Shown here piece by piece: positions 8,790 through 16,930 of a stretch of 36,638 nucleotides of DNA. This stretch comes from a bacterium (lineage in GTDB: Bacteria > Patescibacteriota > Minisyncoccia > UBA6257 > GWB1-50-10). Every line of letters starts with the position of its first letter. The stretch's first letter is position 1. Location of the stretch: assembly GCA_021825465.1 (NCBI GenBank), contig JAKAGX010000002.1, positions 1 to 36,638 of the forward strand, given 5' to 3'. Under the pieces are notes generated by a model that was not told the DNA's origin, ran no database searches, and worked only from the letters and a program-made list of their open reading frames with translations. The translations under genes were made by a program, and so were the position numbers.

Positions 8790-8827
8790 AGGAGCGGTTT
8801 CACCAAAAGAGCCGCTCCTATTTTTTT
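8790..8827 (+). terminator. Intrinsic terminator between convergent genes
   Basis: AGGAGCGGTTT...AGAGCCGCTCCT followed by a T run. Confidence 0.65.
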
Positions 8828-11800
8828 ATCCCGATCCAGATCGGATCGCCGTCGAACTTCGTCTCGATCTCAGCGTCGAACTTGTCGGAACGCTTGAGGA
8901 AAATTTCCGAAGCGTTTATTTCTTTCATCAGGAGTTTTTCATTGCGCCCCACAATATTTTTAACCTCGGGTTGGGCTTCAATGAGAAGCGTTATCTTGTC
9001 TTTGGGAACAAACCCGCCGTCTTGGCGAAGATCTTGGATCATGCGCACGAGCTCGCGAACCGTTCCCTCCTCTTTAAGCTTCGGCGTGATCACCGTGTCG
9101 AGGACGAAATCCTCTTTTAACTTGGAGTCGAAGGTCACTTCTTTTACATTGATTTCATCCTTTAAAATTTCGAGAAGAGCCGCATCCATCTTCGATCTCG
9201 AATCCTTAACCGCGAGCGACGCGAGGGGCTGGCGTACTTTGATCCCCAATTCCGCACGCTTCGCGAGGGCAGCACTCGCGAGATCGCGCACCGTCTTCAT
9301 GCCGTGTAACAATTTCGAGTTCCGAGTTTCGAGTTTCGGGCTGGTCTTAGGCCATTCCTCCAGGTGGACCGAGAGCTCACCCTTCAAAGAGACGGACCGA
9401 TAGAGCGCATCGGCGAAGAACGGCATAAAAGGAGCAAGGAGCTTGGTAAGTTCGGTAAGACAATACCGGAGCGTCGCCGACGCCGCGGCATAATCCTTCT
9501 TGTTGTCCGGCTTTTGGAGCCGCCTCCGCGAACGGCGGATATACCACCGCGAAAGGTCGTTCACGAACTCTTCAATCGACTTGCCGGCGCCGCCGATATC
9601 ATACGCATCAAGGGCTTTGGTCGAAACAGCGATGGCTTCGTCGAGGCGCGCGATGATCCACCGATCGAGAACGTTCGATTTCGCGGTCGGCGCTTTATAT
9701 TTGGCGCTTTTATCGGCGTACGTCCGGTAGAAAACGTACGAGTTGTACATCATGAGGATGAACTGACGGAGCACTTTCCCGAGGTCTGCTTCGTCGAAGC
9801 GCTTCGGTTCGCCCGGCGCATTCACGGTATAAAAATACCACCGGACGGTATCGGCGCCGTATTTTTGGATCATGTCCCACGGGCTCACGGTATTTCCCTT
9901 TGACTTCGACATCTTTTGGGCGTTCTTATCGAGCAGGAGGCCCAAGGAGATCACGTTCCGGTACGGTGCTTTTTTCTTCAAGAGCGTTGCGACGGCAAGG
10001 AGCGTATAGAACCAGCCGCGCGTTTGATCGATCCCTTCAACGATGTAATCGGCGGGATACAGAAGCTTTGTCTTGTTCTCGAAAGGATAGTGGTCTTCGG
10101 CGAAGGGCATCGATCCGGAATCGAACCAAACGTCCGCGACCTCGGGAATCCGCTTCATCGTCCCGCCGCATGTGCATTGAAAAACGGCTTCGTCGACGTA
10201 CGGTTTATGGAGATCGATCTCGCCGGTATCGTTCCGGGGGATTATTTTGAGGCCGAGCTTCCGGATTTCGGCGAACGTTATAAAATCATCGCCCCGCTTT
10301 TCTTTTTCAGCGATCGCCTCGCGCTCCGTCCACCCTTCGGCAACCTGGAAAAGCATCCAAATCGGGTACTCGTGCGTCACGAGAAGGATGTTCTTTCCCT
10401 CATACTTCGACTCGCATTCCTTGAGGAAATTCCACAAGCGCGTCCGAAGATCGCGGACCGACTCCCCTCCTTCGGGCCGCCGCTCGAATTTCGACTGAAA
10501 GGTCGGGAAAAGCACGTGGTATTTCTCATCGTGGCAGCCCATGAGGTCCGCCCCCAATTGGATCTCTTCAAGACGCTTGTCCACCTTCGCATCCGCCGTG
10601 CCCAGTATCCCAAGATCAATCTCATCGGTTTCCTTCGTCCGCAAAATATCGGACGTGATGACGACGTCGATCTTCTTCCCCTTCCGGGCAAGCTCGTGCT
10701 TGAACTTTTTGATCGACAATTCGACTTGCCGCTTGCCGCGGGCGGTCAGGTGGAATTTCGTTTTTGTCGCATCGATGATATCAAGGACGTTGTTTTCCGC
10801 TTCGCCGTGGCGCATGACCCAATAGCTGTTCTTCGGGCGGCCGAGTTTTTTTGCGAGCTCGCCGACGCCCCCTAAGACTTCGGTCCTGCCGCATTTTTTG
10901 CAGACCCAAACCGGAAGCGGCGTTCCCCAATACCGTTCGCGCGAGATCGCCCAATCCTTGACATCCTTCAGCCATTCGCCGAATCTTCCGTTTTTAATGG
11001 TCGCAGGGACCCAGTTCACCGTCTTATTCGAAGCCAAAAGCTCGCGCTTCAATTTGGACATGCCGATGAACCACGAATCGCGCGCGTAGTAAAGGATCGG
11101 CGTGCCGCATCGCCAGCAAAACGGGTATTCGTGCTCATACTTTTCGGTCTTTAAAAGGAAATTCCGCTCCTTGAGAAGTTCGAATATCTTTTCTTCGGTT
11201 TCTTTCGCCTTCACGTACATCCCCGCAAGCTCCGGGACATCGGCGGTGAATTTCCCCGACGTATCGACGGTATGATGTTTCGGCAAGCCGACCTTCGTTC
11301 CCAATTGGTAATCGTCCTCGCCGTACATGACGGCCGTATGAACGACGCCGGTCCCGTCTTCAGTCGTCACGAAATCGGCCGGATATACCCGATACGAGCT
11401 CTCTGTTTTCAATTTTTTGACGTCGAAGAGCGGTTCATACCGCAAGCCGACGAGATCCTTGCCACTGAAAGTATTGAGTATCTGGTATTTAGTATTGAGT
11501 ACTTTATCTGCCAAAAGAGAAGCGATAATGTATTTTTCATCGCTCCCTTCAATACTGACTACTGTATACTTGATACTCTCGCCAACTGCGAGGGCGACAT
11601 TTCCGGGGAGCGTCCACGGCGTCGTCGTCCATGAAAGGACGTAGGTATTGCCATCGGTCGTAAAGCTTCTGCCGATCGTCTGGTTCGGCAAAAGCCTGAA
11701 CTTCATGTACACCGACATATCCTCGGTCGTCTTGTACCCTTGGGCGAGCTCGTGCGACGACAAGGCCGTCCCGCACCGCGTGCACCACGAAATCACCTTA

Positions 11801-12492
11801 TGCCCCTGGTAGAGGAGTTTTTTCTTGTGGACCTCGGAGAAGATCCACCACAAGGTCTCCATGTAATTCTTGTCGTACGTGATGTACGGATGATCCATGT
11901 CGAGCCAAAAGCCGATGCGCTCGGTGATCCGCTCCCACTCGTCCTTGTATTCCCATACCGACTCGCGGCATTTTTTATTGAACGCCGCAATGCCGTATTC
12001 TTCGATCTCTTTCTTCGATCTCAACCCGAGCTTTTTTTCAACCTCGATCTCAACCGGCAGACCGTGCGTATCCCATCCGGCCCGGCGCGGAACGGAAAAT
12101 CCGGCCATTGTCCTGTACCGGAGGACGATGTCCTTGAACGAGCGCGAGAGCACATGGTGGATGCCCGGACGGCCGTTCGCCGTGGGAGGGCCTTCGTAAA
12201 AAACGAACTTCTTTTTAGCTTTGTTCTTTTTGAGCGACTTCTCAAAAATGCCGTTTTCTTTCCAGAACTTCAACACCTTCTCTTCGACCTCCGGCAGGGA
12301 GAATGCGGAACCCGCCTCAAAAATATCCTTTCTGCTCCGATCCCCCCGGTTCGGCTGCGGCTTCTTCACTCCTCCTCGCTGGATTTGCTTTGCCAATACA
12401 GCATCGTCGTCGTTCTTTGCCTCGCTCGAACCGGAGTGGACGTCGCGACGAAAAACATCTTTGGGGCGGGTTCTGTCCGAATCATCAAGCAT
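8818..12492 (-). CDS. ileS: Isoleucine--tRNA ligase (type 2-like) with an inserted histidine-phosphatase domain and an N-terminal palindromic-element insertion
   Basis: EGPPTANGRPGIHH, GWDTHGLPVE, WTTTPWTLP, DWAISRERYWG, EGIDQTRGWF, KMSKS. RHGE...LLVTH domain inserted. TGGTAAAAT lies 8 nt before the ATG. Confidence 0.95.
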   Translation of the reverse strand: MLDDSDRTRPKDVFRRDVHSGSSEAKNDDDAVLAKQIQRGGVKKPQPNRGDRSRKDIFEAGSAFSLPEVEEKVLKFWKENGIFEKSLKKNKAKKKFVFYEGPPTANGRPGIHHVLSRSFKDIVLRYRTMAGFSVPRRAGWDTHGLPVEIEVEKKLGLRSKKEIEEYGIAAFNKKCRESVWEYKDEWERITERIGFWLDMDHPYITYDKNYMETLWWIFSEVHKKKLLYQGHKVISWCTRCGTALSSHELAQGYKTTEDMSVYMKFRLLPNQTIGRSFTTDGNTYVLSWTTTPWTLPGNVALAVGESIKYTVVSIEGSDEKYIIASLLADKVLNTKYQILNTFSGKDLVGLRYEPLFDVKKLKTESSYRVYPADFVTTEDGTGVVHTAVMYGEDDYQLGTKVGLPKHHTVDTSGKFTADVPELAGMYVKAKETEEKIFELLKERNFLLKTEKYEHEYPFCWRCGTPILYYARDSWFIGMSKLKRELLASNKTVNWVPATIKNGRFGEWLKDVKDWAISRERYWGTPLPVWVCKKCGRTEVLGGVGELAKKLGRPKNSYWVMRHGEAENNVLDIIDATKTKFHLTARGKRQVELSIKKFKHELARKGKKIDVVITSDILRTKETDEIDLGILGTADAKVDKRLEEIQLGADLMGCHDEKYHVLFPTFQSKFERRPEGGESVRDLRTRLWNFLKECESKYEGKNILLVTHEYPIWMLFQVAEGWTEREAIAEKEKRGDDFITFAEIRKLGLKIIPRNDTGEIDLHKPYVDEAVFQCTCGGTMKRIPEVADVWFDSGSMPFAEDHYPFENKTKLLYPADYIVEGIDQTRGWFYTLLAVATLLKKKAPYRNVISLGLLLDKNAQKMSKSKGNTVSPWDMIQKYGADTVRWYFYTVNAPGEPKRFDEADLGKVLRQFILMMYNSYVFYRTYADKSAKYKAPTAKSNVLDRWIIARLDEAIAVSTKALDAYDIGGAGKSIEEFVNDLSRWYIRRSRRRLQKPDNKKDYAAASATLRYCLTELTKLLAPFMPFFADALYRSVSLKGELSVHLEEWPKTSPKLETRNSKLLHGMKTVRDLASAALAKRAELGIKVRQPLASLAVKDSRSKMDAALLEILKDEINVKEVTFDSKLKEDFVLDTVITPKLKEEGTVRELVRMIQDLRQDGGFVPKDKITLLIEAQPEVKNIVGRNEKLLMKEINASEIFLKRSDKFDAEIETKFDGDPIWIGIKK
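12308..12473 (-). mobile_element. 166-bp palindromic element (family A, copy 1), in frame inside ileS
   Basis: Ends GAACCCGCCCCAAAGATGT / ATATTTTTGAGGCGGGTTC. Core matches 14766-14930 at 70 of 77 nt (manual alignment). Confidence 0.85.
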
Positions 12493-12538
12493 TGATGCTC
12501 ATTTTACCAGAAAATTTACATCTAACAACTCTCCCAAA

Positions 12539-12688
12539 CGGCTCTGATTTCTTCAAGAAAACCGTTGCGGAGTCCGAGCGGGCACGGTCCCGGCCAGTCC
12601 GTGGACCGGCTGGGGAGCGAGGATGAGCACGAGCGCGCGTTTCACGCCGGGAAACGCGACGCGTGTTTGCGAGAAGAAATCAGAGCCG
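12539..12688. mobile_element. 150-bp MITE-like palindromic element between argS and ileS
   Basis: Perfect 16-bp IR CGGCTCTGATTTCTTC / GAAGAAATCAGAGCCG with internal GC-rich hairpins. Confidence 0.7.
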
Positions 12689-12697
12689 ATCCGTCCT

Positions 12698-14284
12698 CTA
12701 CATCTCTTCCGGCGGCACAATACCCAAAAGGCGAAAGGTGTTCTCAAAAACGATGGCGGATGCGGTAACCAAGGCGAGCTTCGGCCGTTCACGCTCGCTG
12801 CCGATCACCTTTTCTTCTTCATAAAAATTGTGGAACGATTTGACGGCCCCCATGAGATACCGGGTAAGCCGATGGACTTCGTAATCCCGCGCCGACTCGG
12901 CAACAACATCGGGAAAAGAGGCAAGGCGGACCATCAGTTCGCGCTCGGCAACCGAACCCAAAGCACTGAGGTCTTGCGTCTTTGCTTTCACCGGAACGCC
13001 GGCCTTCGCGAGGATCTTTTTTGCGCGTACGAGGGCATACTCGGCATAAAACACGGGATTTTTCGACGAACGCTCCTTCGCTAAATCCAAATCGAAATCG
13101 ATGTGAGAATTCGCGCCGACCGCAAGGAAGAAAAACTTCGCGACATCAACACCGACCTCATCCACGAGATCCTCGAACGTGACGAACGTCCCTTTACGCT
13201 TCGACATTTTGACAAACTCTTCCCCTTTCTTGATGAGAATGGCCTGCGTTATCACAACGTCCGATCTTTTGAATTTCAAGATGTCCGCGACCGCCTGGAT
13301 CCGCCGCACATAGCCGTAATGGTCGGGGCCCAAAACATTGATCTTCCAGTCAAACCCCCGTTTTTTGGTCTCGAGATAGTGGCCGGCGTCGACCAAAAAA
13401 TATGTCGGGAGGTTATCTTTCGTAAGAAGCACCCGGTCCTTGTCGTCGCTAAAATCGGTCGTTTTGAGCCACACGGCGCCGTCGCGTTCATATACCTTTC
13501 CCGACTTCCGAAGGAGCCGCAACGCCTTTTCGGGAAGTTTTTTCTTCCGAACGCTCCGCTCCGATGTATACCGATCGAAATGTATGCCGGATTTTTTTTC
13601 GATGACGTGCTTGATGCCCTCCAAAAAATCATCCGCCGCCCGCTCGCCGACGGCCTCCGGGTCTTCCCGATGCCGTTCCACGAACGCGCGGTTCCTGCCC
13701 GCCCATTCTTTGACGTATTCGCCTTGATAAAATTCTTCGGAGCTTTCGATGAATCCCAATGCGGCAAGGATCGATCTTCCGAGCGTTAAAACCTGATTGC
13801 CGCTGTCGTTCACGTAGTATTCGCGTTCGACGTCGGCACCGGCAAAAGCAAGGACATTCGAAAGCGCGGTTCCGTAAAAACCGCCGCGGCCGTTCGCAAG
13901 CGTCAGGGGTCCCGTGGGGTTTGCCGATATGAATTCGACTTGCACGCGCCCCTTGACCGACCGGGAAGAACCGTACTTCATGCCCGCTTTTATAATCTCG
14001 CCGATCTCCCTTTGAAGCGACTTCTTCGAGACCCAAAAATTAATGAAGCCGTTTTCCGAAACGCCGATCCGGTCCACCGCGTCGATCGGAGACCTCCGAA
14101 ACGAATCCGCGAACTCGTTTGCCGCTTCCCGCGGAGATCTTTTTTCGGACCTCGCAAGCGCAAATGCGATGTTTGTCGCATAGTCGGCATCGGTCGCCTT
14201 TTTATCCGGAACTTCGACCGAAAATCCGGTCTCAAGACCGGTCATCTCCTTCAGCTTTCTTTCTATTTCCTCTTTTATCGTCAT
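12698..14284 (-). CDS. argS: Arginine--tRNA ligase
   Basis: DYATNIAF, VEFISANPTGPLTLANGRG, EYYVNDSGNQ, KMSKRKG, NPVFY. Start reassigned to ATG 14284 (MTIKEE), since the longer ORF overlaps smpB. Confidence 0.95.
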   Translation of the reverse strand: MTIKEEIERKLKEMTGLETGFSVEVPDKKATDADYATNIAFALARSEKRSPREAANEFADSFRRSPIDAVDRIGVSENGFINFWVSKKSLQREIGEIIKAGMKYGSSRSVKGRVQVEFISANPTGPLTLANGRGGFYGTALSNVLAFAGADVEREYYVNDSGNQVLTLGRSILAALGFIESSEEFYQGEYVKEWAGRNRAFVERHREDPEAVGERAADDFLEGIKHVIEKKSGIHFDRYTSERSVRKKKLPEKALRLLRKSGKVYERDGAVWLKTTDFSDDKDRVLLTKDNLPTYFLVDAGHYLETKKRGFDWKINVLGPDHYGYVRRIQAVADILKFKRSDVVITQAILIKKGEEFVKMSKRKGTFVTFEDLVDEVGVDVAKFFFLAVGANSHIDFDLDLAKERSSKNPVFYAEYALVRAKKILAKAGVPVKAKTQDLSALGSVAERELMVRLASFPDVVAESARDYEVHRLTRYLMGAVKSFHNFYEEEKVIGSERERPKLALVTASAIVFENTFRLLGIVPPEEM

Positions 14285-14334
14285 AAATCTTATTTTTAGT
14301 ATATACCAAGATGAGGTACTATGAATACCATACA

Positions 14335-14766
14335 ATGGCCATATTTGCGGAAAACAAAAGAGCTCTCTTCGACTACGAGATCCTCGGGGCATTCGAGGCC
14401 GGCATTGTGCTGAAAGGCTACGAAGCAAAGGCCGTAACGAGCGGCCGCGTGAACCTTTCGGGATCCTACGCTTCCCTCGTGCGGGGCGAGCTTTGGATCG
14501 TGAATCTCGACATCCCACCCTATCAGCCGAAGAATATCCCCGGCCTATACGATCCCAAGCGGTCGAGAAAACTCCTCGTTACCAAAAGCGAACTCGATGA
14601 ACTTATCGGAAAGACGAAGGGGTTGACACTTATTCCGATGAAGATGTATAGTAAGCGCGGCAAAATAAAGCTCGAGATCGGACTCGCAAAATCGAGGAAG
14701 AAGAAAGACAAGCGCGAGGTCATCAAGCAACGCGAAACTCAGAAAGAAATCAAGCGCTTTATCTAG
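14335..14766 (+). CDS. smpB: SsrA-binding protein
   Basis: ENKRALFDYEI...EAGIVLKGYE, DPKRSRKLL, KKKDKREVIK. Sits next to tmRNA. Confidence 0.96.
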   Translation: MAIFAENKRALFDYEILGAFEAGIVLKGYEAKAVTSGRVNLSGSYASLVRGELWIVNLDIPPYQPKNIPGLYDPKRSRKLLVTKSELDELIGKTKGLTLIPMKMYSKRGKIKLEIGLAKSRKKKDKREVIKQRETQKEIKRFI

Positions 14767-14930
14767 AGCCCATCTCAAGAGTATCTTTCGTCACGAGCCT
14801 CCGGTTTTCCGAGCGAGGCAAGGAACGACGACGAAGCTGTATCGACAAGGCAGATCCAGCGAGGAGGAGTGACGAAGCCGCAGCCGGAAAAGCGAAGGTA
14901 CAGTAGAAAGGATACTCTTGAGGTGGGCTC
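14766..14930 (+). mobile_element. 165-bp palindromic element (family A, copy 2) between smpB and tmRNA
   Basis: Ends GAGCCCATCTCAAGAGTATC / GATACTCTTGAGGTGGGCTC, CTA on both sides (14763-65, 14931-33). Homologous to 12308-12473. Confidence 0.85.
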
Positions 14931-14934
14931 CTAT

Positions 14935-15271
14935 GGGGGCGCACGCTTCGACAGGAAAGCTCTTTGAAAGTAGCAAGCCGAGGGGCGGTAAACTCGTAAA
15001 ACTGCCGCACAAAAGAACTGACAACAATAAAGTTGCAGCCCCGGCATTGGCGTTCGCTTAATGCCGGCCCCGGTTCCACGAGAATCGGGCATCGGTCCTC
15101 TCTTCCCGCAGGAGGATAACCGGTGTCATATCGCGGGATCGCTCGCCCCAAGGGGTTCCCCATACCGGCGAGTTAAACCATCGGGAACGATTTTGCTCTC
15201 TTTTCGAGAACTAAGCTTGTAGAATACTCTCAAATAATTTCTTGGACGAGGGTCCAATCCCTCCGCCTCCA
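14935..15271 (+). ncRNA. ssrA: tmRNA; tag (A)DNNKVAAPALAFA* at 15020-15061
   Basis: GGGGGCG/CGCCTCC-A acceptor stem with G3-U, TTCGAC near the 5' end, TAAGCTTGTAGA...GGACGAGGG near the 3' end, Ala-rich tag ORF, downstream of smpB. Confidence 0.93.
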
Positions 15272-15311
15272 CAATCAAAAAGGCCGGCATTCATGCCGGC
15301 CTTTTTGATTG
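15272..15311 (+). terminator. Intrinsic terminator after tmRNA
   Basis: Perfect IR CAATCAAAAAGGCCGGCAT-TC-ATGCCGGCCTTTTTGATTG. Confidence 0.88.
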
Positions 15312-15352
15312 GTTGCTGCAGAGCGACTCGCGACGGTCCATTCCCTCCCCGT

Positions 15353-15381
15353 TTGCATTTTGGCGCATTTTTTATTAGTAT
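15353..15381 (+). promoter_or_regulatory. Sigma-70 promoter for infC-rpmI-rplT, TTGCAT-N17-TAGTAT
   Basis: 17-nt spacing; the -10 ends 6 nt before the proposed ATC start. Confidence 0.55.
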
Positions 15382-15387
15382 TCTCGT

Positions 15388-15924
15388 ATCGCTTATCAAA
15401 GACCATACAGACCAGCGCCCACCCCGCGGCAGAGAATAAACGGGGAAATAACGGCCATTGAGCTTCGTGTCATCGATGAATCGGGAGAAAATCTCGGCGT
15501 CATGAAGAAAGAAGAAGCTCTTGCGAAGGCCATGCTCGCGGGACTCGACCTTATCGAGATCGCTCCGCAAGCCGTGCCCCCCGTCGCGAGGATCATGAGC
15601 TTCGATAAATGGCGGTATCAAAGGGAAAAAGAAGAAAAGCGATCGAAGCAGGCACAAAAACAAAAAGAACTGAAGCAGGTGCAGATCTCAGCCCGGATCG
15701 CCGAGAACGACATGGCGATGAAAGCGAAACAGGCCGAGAAATTCCTTGCGGAAGGCCACAAGGTTGAAATTCACCTCCGGCTCCGGGGAAGAGAAAAGGC
15801 GAACAAAGAATGGGCACTGGGACGCATAAAAGAATTCACGGGGAAAATAACCATACCGTACCAAGTGACCATGGAACCGCGGCAAGGAGGAAGAGGATAC
15901 CTCATGCAAATAACCAAGAAATAA
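15388..15924 (+). CDS. infC: Translation initiation factor IF-3, non-canonical start (ATC proposed)
   Basis: The frame upstream of ATG 15502 encodes RINGEITAIELRVIDESGENLGV (IF3 N-domain). In-frame TAG at 15376, with no ATG/GTG/TTG between. Confidence 0.9.
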   Translation: MAYQRPYRPAPTPRQRINGEITAIELRVIDESGENLGVMKKEEALAKAMLAGLDLIEIAPQAVPPVARIMSFDKWRYQREKEEKRSKQAQKQKELKQVQISARIAENDMAMKAKQAEKFLAEGHKVEIHLRLRGREKANKEWALGRIKEFTGKITIPYQVTMEPRQGGRGYLMQITKK

Positions 15925-15925
15925 T

Positions 15926-16096
15926 ATGAAGAAAAGCGTATCAAAAAGGATCAGAATAACGAAATCGGGCAAGGTTCTTCGCCGGGCAATGGCCCTGGGC
16001 CATTCGCGGGCGAATAAAAGAACGGTGCAGATCAAGCGCAAAAAAAATGCCCGCACCTTGGGAAACGTCGATGTACAAAAACTTATCAATAACTAA
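15926..16096 (+). CDS. rpmI: 50S ribosomal protein L35
   Basis: Manual translation MKKSVSKRIRITKSGKVLRRAMALGHSRANKRTVQIKRKK... (56 aa), between infC and rplT. Confidence 0.9.
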   Translation: MKKSVSKRIRITKSGKVLRRAMALGHSRANKRTVQIKRKKNARTLGNVDVQKLINN

Positions 16097-16443
16097 TGCC
16101 AAGAGTAAAACGAGGCACAATTGCCCATAAAAAAAGAGAAAAGCTCCTCAAAAAGAGCAAAGGGTATAAGTGGAGCCGAAAATCAAAGGAGCGCGCCGCA
16201 CGCGAAGCGCTTCTTCATGGTCTTGCGAGAAAGCTAAAGGGCAGAAAGGAAAAGAAGAGGGCTTACCGCACGCTTTGGGAAACCGAAATCAATGCGGGAG
16301 CGAGACTCCAAGGCACGACCTACAGCAAGCTCATCGGTGCGTTGAAAAAGGCAGATATCAAACTCGACAGAAAGATCCTTGCCGAACTTGCCGGCAACGA
16401 ACCGGACACTTTTAAAGCAATAATCGACTCCCTTAAGGGGTAG
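16096..16443 (+). CDS. rplT: 50S ribosomal protein L20
   Basis: MPRVKRG..., YRTLWETEINAGAR, YSKLIGALKKADIKLDRKILAELA. Confidence 0.97.
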   Translation: MPRVKRGTIAHKKREKLLKKSKGYKWSRKSKERAAREALLHGLARKLKGRKEKKRAYRTLWETEINAGARLQGTTYSKLIGALKKADIKLDRKILAELAGNEPDTFKAIIDSLKG

Positions 16444-16930
16444 TCGTCTGCTTCTTCGGCTGCTGCACCTTCCTTGTAATGGAGGTGTACGCTTTTTTGA
16501 GATTCGATTTCAAATTCGGGGCCTTCAGCATCCGCAAGGCATCTTTGTAGAGGAACCAGCCGTACCCTTGATGTTCCCGCGGCACGATGGTAACCGACTG
16601 CGTTTTCGTTTCCGCCAAATAGTAGATCACGAGGCGCGGGATCCGCTTTTTTTCCTTCGTATAAAAGACAAATCGATCGGAAACCTTGAACCAGTTGATG
16701 AACCGCAAGTTCGGCGCTTTGATGCCCGTTTCTTCCTCGACTTCCCGCAAGGCTGCCTTAAAGCTCTTTTCTCCTTCGGCCAGCTTCCCCTTCGGGAAAT
16801 TCCAATAACTGCCCCCGTGGTACAAGAGCAGAAACTTTATCCCTTCCTCCGCCCGCCTGAAGATGATCACGCCTGCGGAGATCGAAAGGTCGCCCTCTTT
16901 TTTATTACTCACCGATGATTGGTCCGGCAT
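16433..16930 (-). CDS. Nudix hydrolase (Ap4A-hydrolase-like); true start may be GTG 16912
   Basis: WNFPKGKLAEGEKSFKAALREVEEETGI Nudix box. Confidence 0.9.
   Translation of the reverse strand: MPDQSSVSNKKEGDLSISAGVIIFRRAEEGIKFLLLYHGGSYWNFPKGKLAEGEKSFKAALREVEEETGIKAPNLRFINWFKVSDRFVFYTKEKKRIPRLVIYYLAETKTQSVTIVPREHQGYGWFLYKDALRMLKAPNLKSNLKKAYTSITRKVQQPKKQTTTP

Noticed and set aside
12493..12697. T-box leader for ileS
   Set aside because: No T-box antiterminator consensus seen, and the apparent -10 lies between the structure and the start codon.
14285..14518. 78-aa N-terminal extension of ArgRS in the ORF track
   Set aside because: It overlaps smpB on the opposite strand; ArgRS-like sequence begins at ATG 14284.
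14759..15163. 134-aa and 78-aa minus-strand ORFs
   Set aside because: Antisense to tmRNA and the palindromic element. Their similarity to the 12221/12303 ORFs reflects the shared DNA repeat, not a protein family.
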